In this document: positions 28,143 to 32,000 of the stretch, piece after piece
How positions within the stretch are numbered: position 1 is the stretch's first letter
How the letters are laid out: each line of letters begins with the position of its first letter
Source: Promethearchaeota archaeon
Lineage (GTDB): Archaea > Asgardarchaeota > Lokiarchaeia > Sigyniarchaeales > Promethearchaeaceae
Length of the DNA stretch: 32,000 bases
Direction of reading: 5' to 3'
Assembly (NCBI GenBank): GCA_016933055.1
Contig: JAFGBS010000002.1
Location: 150,001 to 182,000, forward strand
Position numbers and translations under genes: made by a program
Notes under the pieces: generated by a model
What the model was told of the DNA's origin: nothing
Databases searched by the model: none
What the model saw: the letters and a program-made list of their open reading frames with translations, nothing else

Positions 28143-29216
28143 ATGATCAATATGGAAGAAACACAACCTAATATCCAGTACACAATCCATCCTCCCCAAC
28201 TTGTTGCTTTTTTAAGAAAAAGTCTTAAAAAACGCGCTGAAGTGCTCATAGAACTTCAAAAATTATCGGATGCCATTCCTAAGGATTATGTTCGCGGGAG
28301 TCCATTTTGTATTTTCTATTTTGTGACCAATATAGGAGATGGGTTTGATGTAGAAATAGGAATACCTATTATGGAACAATTCCCCTCAGAATTCGTGAAG
28401 TTCCGAATCCTTCCAAAATTAGAAACGTTCTCTATTAGGCATAAGGGAAATTTGGAATCAATTGGTCAAACATATGAAACGGTTTTCACATATGCATATC
28501 AATTCGGTTTTCCTTCCCAAGAGTTTTCTCGAGAAATCTACTTAGATATCGAAGAAGAAGAAAAAGTTGAAATAGAAGTACAGTTCATCATCCATTCTTG
28601 GAATTCATTGCTTGCAAACCACATGGTTCGAGTTCTGGGTGAAAAAATGCAAGGAAAAATTATGAGAGGGTATCAAAGATTCGAAATTGAAACACCATTG
28701 CAGGAGAAATTTGAGTGGTTAGTAAGAATGTTGGAGAAACTTGAGGAAGTGACAAATGAATCCCAACGGTTTGAAATTCTTTCTGGTTGTGCACATTTCT
28801 TTCCAAAAGAGTTAATTACGGAATTTAAAACAGTATTCGATAATGCACGTAATAGTAGTACCAACTTAATCGATGCAGTGGATAAGACTCTGGAATATAT
28901 GAAAATTAATCCAGGAGGAGGATCAGTTCCGATTCGCAAAGGCACCAGGTTGTACACCACAAAAAATCCACGAGATCCGAAAGCTTTTCAAGATGCAAAA
29001 ACTCGTATAGAGCGAATGAAAGCATATTGCTATTGTCCAATTATTCGAAATAATTTGGATCAAAAAATACCTCCTTTTTTTTGTAATTGTGGAGCAGGAT
29101 GGCCAAAACAAATATGGGAGGGAATATTTGATCACCCTCTGCGAATTGAGGTGATAAAAAGTCTCACTAAAGGAGATGACGAGTGTGAGTTTTGCATTTA
29201 TCTCCCTGATGAATGA
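28143..29216 (+). CDS. GyrI-like ligand-binding domain fused to a Cys-rich V4R-like domain
   Basis: GSPFCIF...DVEIGIPI...HKGNLESIGQTY...REIYL (GyrI-like); CAH, YCYCP, FCNCG, SLTKGDDECEF in the C-half. Confidence 0.75.
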   Translation: MINMEETQPNIQYTIHPPQLVAFLRKSLKKRAEVLIELQKLSDAIPKDYVRGSPFCIFYFVTNIGDGFDVEIGIPIMEQFPSEFVKFRILPKLETFSIRHKGNLESIGQTYETVFTYAYQFGFPSQEFSREIYLDIEEEEKVEIEVQFIIHSWNSLLANHMVRVLGEKMQGKIMRGYQRFEIETPLQEKFEWLVRMLEKLEEVTNESQRFEILSGCAHFFPKELITEFKTVFDNARNSSTNLIDAVDKTLEYMKINPGGGSVPIRKGTRLYTTKNPRDPKAFQDAKTRIERMKAYCYCPIIRNNLDQKIPPFFCNCGAGWPKQIWEGIFDHPLRIEVIKSLTKGDDECEFCIYLPDE

Positions 29217-29230
29217 GCTTATTACCAATC

Positions 29231-30787
29231 TTATTCCGAATATCGAATATATTCATATATGAAGTCATTATGACGATATCCATGAAGTAAATGGGAATGA
29301 CTCCGTCTTCCGATTCGAATAAATCCCGCTTTTTCCAAGATTTTCCATGATGCAGTATTTTCTTCAGTAGCAGTCGCCTCTAAACGATAAAATTGGAATT
29401 TTTGCACTGCTATAGAAACCAATGCTTGAACAATCTCAGCTCCAAATCCTTTTCCAGCATATTTTGAATTTCCGATAAGATAAGATATTTCTGCTGTCTG
29501 ATTCCATAAAGTAGTATCATATATTGCCCCATAACCGATAGGAATGTGCGCGGATCGTTCATAGATCATCAATGCAATGCCGGAGATCGCTGAATTAGCG
29601 GGGTGCAACAAAAAATCTTTCACAAGCTGGTCTTTTGAAGTATACCCTTCGGGTTCCACCATATATTGGTTAATATGTGGATTATTGAACCAAGTATACA
29701 TAAGGTCTAAATGAGAATAGGTAATTGGGTAGAAGTCCAATCGAGAAGATTGAAAAAATGGAGAATTCGACTCTTTGTTATCCTTTTGATTCAATAGTTC
29801 CATATTGTACCGCTTTAGAGCTGAATTTAGAATCTTATGGATAAGATCCACGTAGGTCCATCCCATAGTTTTTGCAGACCTTACATATCCACTATCTATA
29901 TTGATACCAGGATTAGGATTTACCTCTAAGACATAGATCTCAGAACCACTTAATCGAAAATCCACTCGTGCGTAATCCCGACAACCTGTTATTTCATAGG
30001 CTTTTTTTGCGATATTGTTTATTTGTTCCGAAATTTTCGGTTCCAGATCTGCAGGGCACTTTCCATTTGTATGGGTAAACTTAAACGAATCCTCAATCCA
30101 TTTACTTTCATAGTCCACTATATGCGGAATAGACGAATCAAAATCAAAAAGAATTTCTGAAGCAGGGAGAGCTACAATATCAGAACCATTACCATAAAGA
30201 GCGATATTAATTTCTCTTCCATCAATATATTCTTCCACCAACGCAGGTTGTTTATATTGCTCTAAAATACGCAGAATTTGTCGATTTAACTGTGAGGAAT
30301 TATATACCACCGATTCCTCTGTTATACCAATACTTGCGTCTTCATGAAGAGGCTTAACGATTAATGGAAAAGATAATTCATCAACCAAGGATTCTGCTAT
30401 TGTATTAAATACTTGGAATCGAGGTGTTGGAATCCCATTTACCATCAAGAATTGTTTGGTACGGGCTTTATCAAGGCATAATCCAAGTGTGATATGGTCT
30501 GATCCCGTATAAGGAATGTGAAATAAGTCCAGAATCGCCGGAACTAAAGATTCAGCAGCCACATTCCCGCCAATTCCCTCACATAAGTTAAATATAACAT
30601 CAAAACGTGCTTCTGCAATATCAGAAAGAGTATCAGGGCTAATTCTTACTGGAATAACTTCGTGATGTGAGGAAAGTGCCGTATAAATATGATCTACTGT
30701 AGATACAATTTCATTATCCGCAATTTTATCTAGCTCAATTCCTCGCTCCAGTGTATCCACAAAATTATATATAAGTCCAATCTTCAT
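29231..30787 (-). CDS. D-Ala-D-Ala-ligase-like ATP-grasp enzyme fused to a C-terminal RimJ/RimL-type GNAT
   Basis: FNLCEG, IPYTGS, LDKARTK, FPLIVKP, VEEYIDGRE, DYESKW, ARVDFR, LEVNPNPG; then AEISYLIG...GKGFG...NTASWKILEKAGF. GGTGA 7 nt before ATG 30787. Confidence 0.9.
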   Translation of the reverse strand: MKIGLIYNFVDTLERGIELDKIADNEIVSTVDHIYTALSSHHEVIPVRISPDTLSDIAEARFDVIFNLCEGIGGNVAAESLVPAILDLFHIPYTGSDHITLGLCLDKARTKQFLMVNGIPTPRFQVFNTIAESLVDELSFPLIVKPLHEDASIGITEESVVYNSSQLNRQILRILEQYKQPALVEEYIDGREINIALYGNGSDIVALPASEILFDFDSSIPHIVDYESKWIEDSFKFTHTNGKCPADLEPKISEQINNIAKKAYEITGCRDYARVDFRLSGSEIYVLEVNPNPGINIDSGYVRSAKTMGWTYVDLIHKILNSALKRYNMELLNQKDNKESNSPFFQSSRLDFYPITYSHLDLMYTWFNNPHINQYMVEPEGYTSKDQLVKDFLLHPANSAISGIALMIYERSAHIPIGYGAIYDTTLWNQTAEISYLIGNSKYAGKGFGAEIVQALVSIAVQKFQFYRLEATATEENTASWKILEKAGFIRIGRRSHSHLLHGYRHNDFIYEYIRYSE

Positions 30788-30831
30788 CCAATATATCACC
30801 TGTATTTACCCAGAAATTTTAGAGAATCATC

Positions 30832-31965
30832 TTATTGCACCAGATTATAGCGTTTCAAGGCAGAATATAAGATCATTTTGATCATCTGTGAATACGACAA
30901 TCCAGCAACTTCACAGGCGTATGGAAAACGGGAATGGAACTCAGGATTAGGGTTTAATCCGGGCAAAGCATTGATTTCTAGTACATTTGGCACTCCTCGC
31001 TTACTAAGGCGGATATCCATTCGACACAAGTCTACACAATCCAATGCTTTATATGTCTTCAAAGCAATTCGCTCGATTTCTTGTCGTAATTTTTCAGAAA
31101 TGTTTGCAGGACAGGTTAATGGTGTGGCTCCTTGACCAGGGACATCATAGGTCCATTTAGATTCATAGGAATCGATTTTCGCATATCCAGGTGGAAGATG
31201 GTTAAAATTTACCTCAATAATCGGAAGAACTAGGGGAGGATCATTCCCCAAGATGCCTACGGTAAATTCCTTTCCCGGAAGAAATTCTTCCACTAGAACA
31301 GGAGCCCCAAATTCTTGGAATACCCAGTGTGTTTGTGCTCGTAATTCATCCAGAGAATGCACAACAGATCTATTGGTGATGCCAGCACTGGAACCTTGCG
31401 CGTCTGGTTTGATAATAAGTGGAAATTTCATCAAGGGTCCTAATAAGTCACTTGGGGCTCGAAACACTTGATATCGGGGAGTAGGAATATGATAAAATCC
31501 TAAAATCTCCTTAGTTCGACTTTTACTCAACGTAAGCGCTTGGGTTAATACACCCGATCCCGTATAGGGAATGCCCAGCATCTCTAATATAGCTGGTATG
31601 TGGGATTCTCGAGACTCCCCACGAATACCTTCTGCAATATTAAAAACAAAATCCACGGAACGTGTTTTTAATGCCTCAATAAAATCGCAATTTACCGGTA
31701 GTAATTCCACTTCGAATCCCCACGAATTTAATGCACTTTGAATGGCTTCAATGGTTTCCGCCTCATCATATTCCAATGCGACACTATTACTTAATGGAGT
31801 AGATACATCAGGACGGGCATTATATGCAAATCCGATGCAGTTGATGCCAAGTGGCTTCTGAAAAACAGACTCGGTTTTACTTGTAAAAATTGAGGTAGAA
31901 TGCGGTACGTGCACAGTTTTGGAATAGGTTGTGCGCGATGGGGATTGTAATGCATCAAAAGACAT
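30832..31965 (-). CDS. D-Ala-D-Ala-ligase-like ATP-grasp enzyme
   Basis: FNIAEG, IPYTGS, FPLIIKP..QGSSAG, VEEFLPGKEF, SYESKW, RMDIR, LEINALPG. Confidence 0.9.
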   Translation of the reverse strand: MSFDALQSPSRTTYSKTVHVPHSTSIFTSKTESVFQKPLGINCIGFAYNARPDVSTPLSNSVALEYDEAETIEAIQSALNSWGFEVELLPVNCDFIEALKTRSVDFVFNIAEGIRGESRESHIPAILEMLGIPYTGSGVLTQALTLSKSRTKEILGFYHIPTPRYQVFRAPSDLLGPLMKFPLIIKPDAQGSSAGITNRSVVHSLDELRAQTHWVFQEFGAPVLVEEFLPGKEFTVGILGNDPPLVLPIIEVNFNHLPPGYAKIDSYESKWTYDVPGQGATPLTCPANISEKLRQEIERIALKTYKALDCVDLCRMDIRLSKRGVPNVLEINALPGLNPNPEFHSRFPYACEVAGLSYSQMIKMILYSALKRYNLVQ

Positions 31966-32000
31966 CGTGTCTTAACAATCCCTCTTCAGGTAATACGGTA

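Noticed and set aside
934-31471. Many short ORFs in the track overlapping larger genes (e.g. 4624-4932, 8669-8917, 13755-14069, 18789-19133, 28673-28960).
   Set aside because: They are antisense or alternate-frame shadows of well-supported genes and carry no motifs.
29231-31965. Reading the Ddl-like genes as evidence of peptidoglycan or vancomycin-resistance genes.
   Set aside because: No mur, alr or van genes are nearby, the context is archaeal, and the loops and GNAT fusion are non-canonical.
31955-32000. 3' end of a probable upstream gene (frames end ...PYYLKRDC* or ...TVLPEEGLLRHDVF*).
   Set aside because: Too little sequence to choose a frame or a product.
1-32000. CRISPR arrays, IS elements, rRNA, prophage genes.
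   Set aside because: No regularly spaced repeats, transposase or integrase motifs, long terminal inverted repeats or rRNA-like sequence were seen.

Overview
AT-rich (about 35% GC by eye, not computed), densely coding archaeal DNA. It most likely comes from an Asgard (Lokiarchaeia-like) genome, inferred from archaeal information-processing genes plus a Rab-like small GTPase. The left third is core: an intron-containing tRNA-Cys, an FGGY sugar kinase and the archaeal hisS / NAC / PUA / PAN / MBF1 / HflX neighbourhood, with a class III ribonucleotide reductase-like gene and a MazG gene inside the same co-oriented run. The right two-thirds is a patchwork of membrane proteins and small-molecule-modifying enzymes (GNATs, O-methyltransferase, sulfatase, esterase, MFS, CPBP protease, RibK). 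It ends in two tandem D-Ala-D-Ala-ligase-like ATP-grasp genes, one fused to a GNAT. I see no transposase, integrase or CRISPR array. The strongest unusual signals are full-length proteins that have lost their catalytic or nucleotide-binding residues: an NrdD lacking the glycyl-radical Gly and the catalytic cysteines, a Rab-like GTPase with four altered G motifs, and a PadR fused to a Gly-less methyltransferase fold. The ATP-grasp pair, in an organism not expected to make peptidoglycan, is the other main lead. All family calls come from motif recognition by eye; no database search was run.
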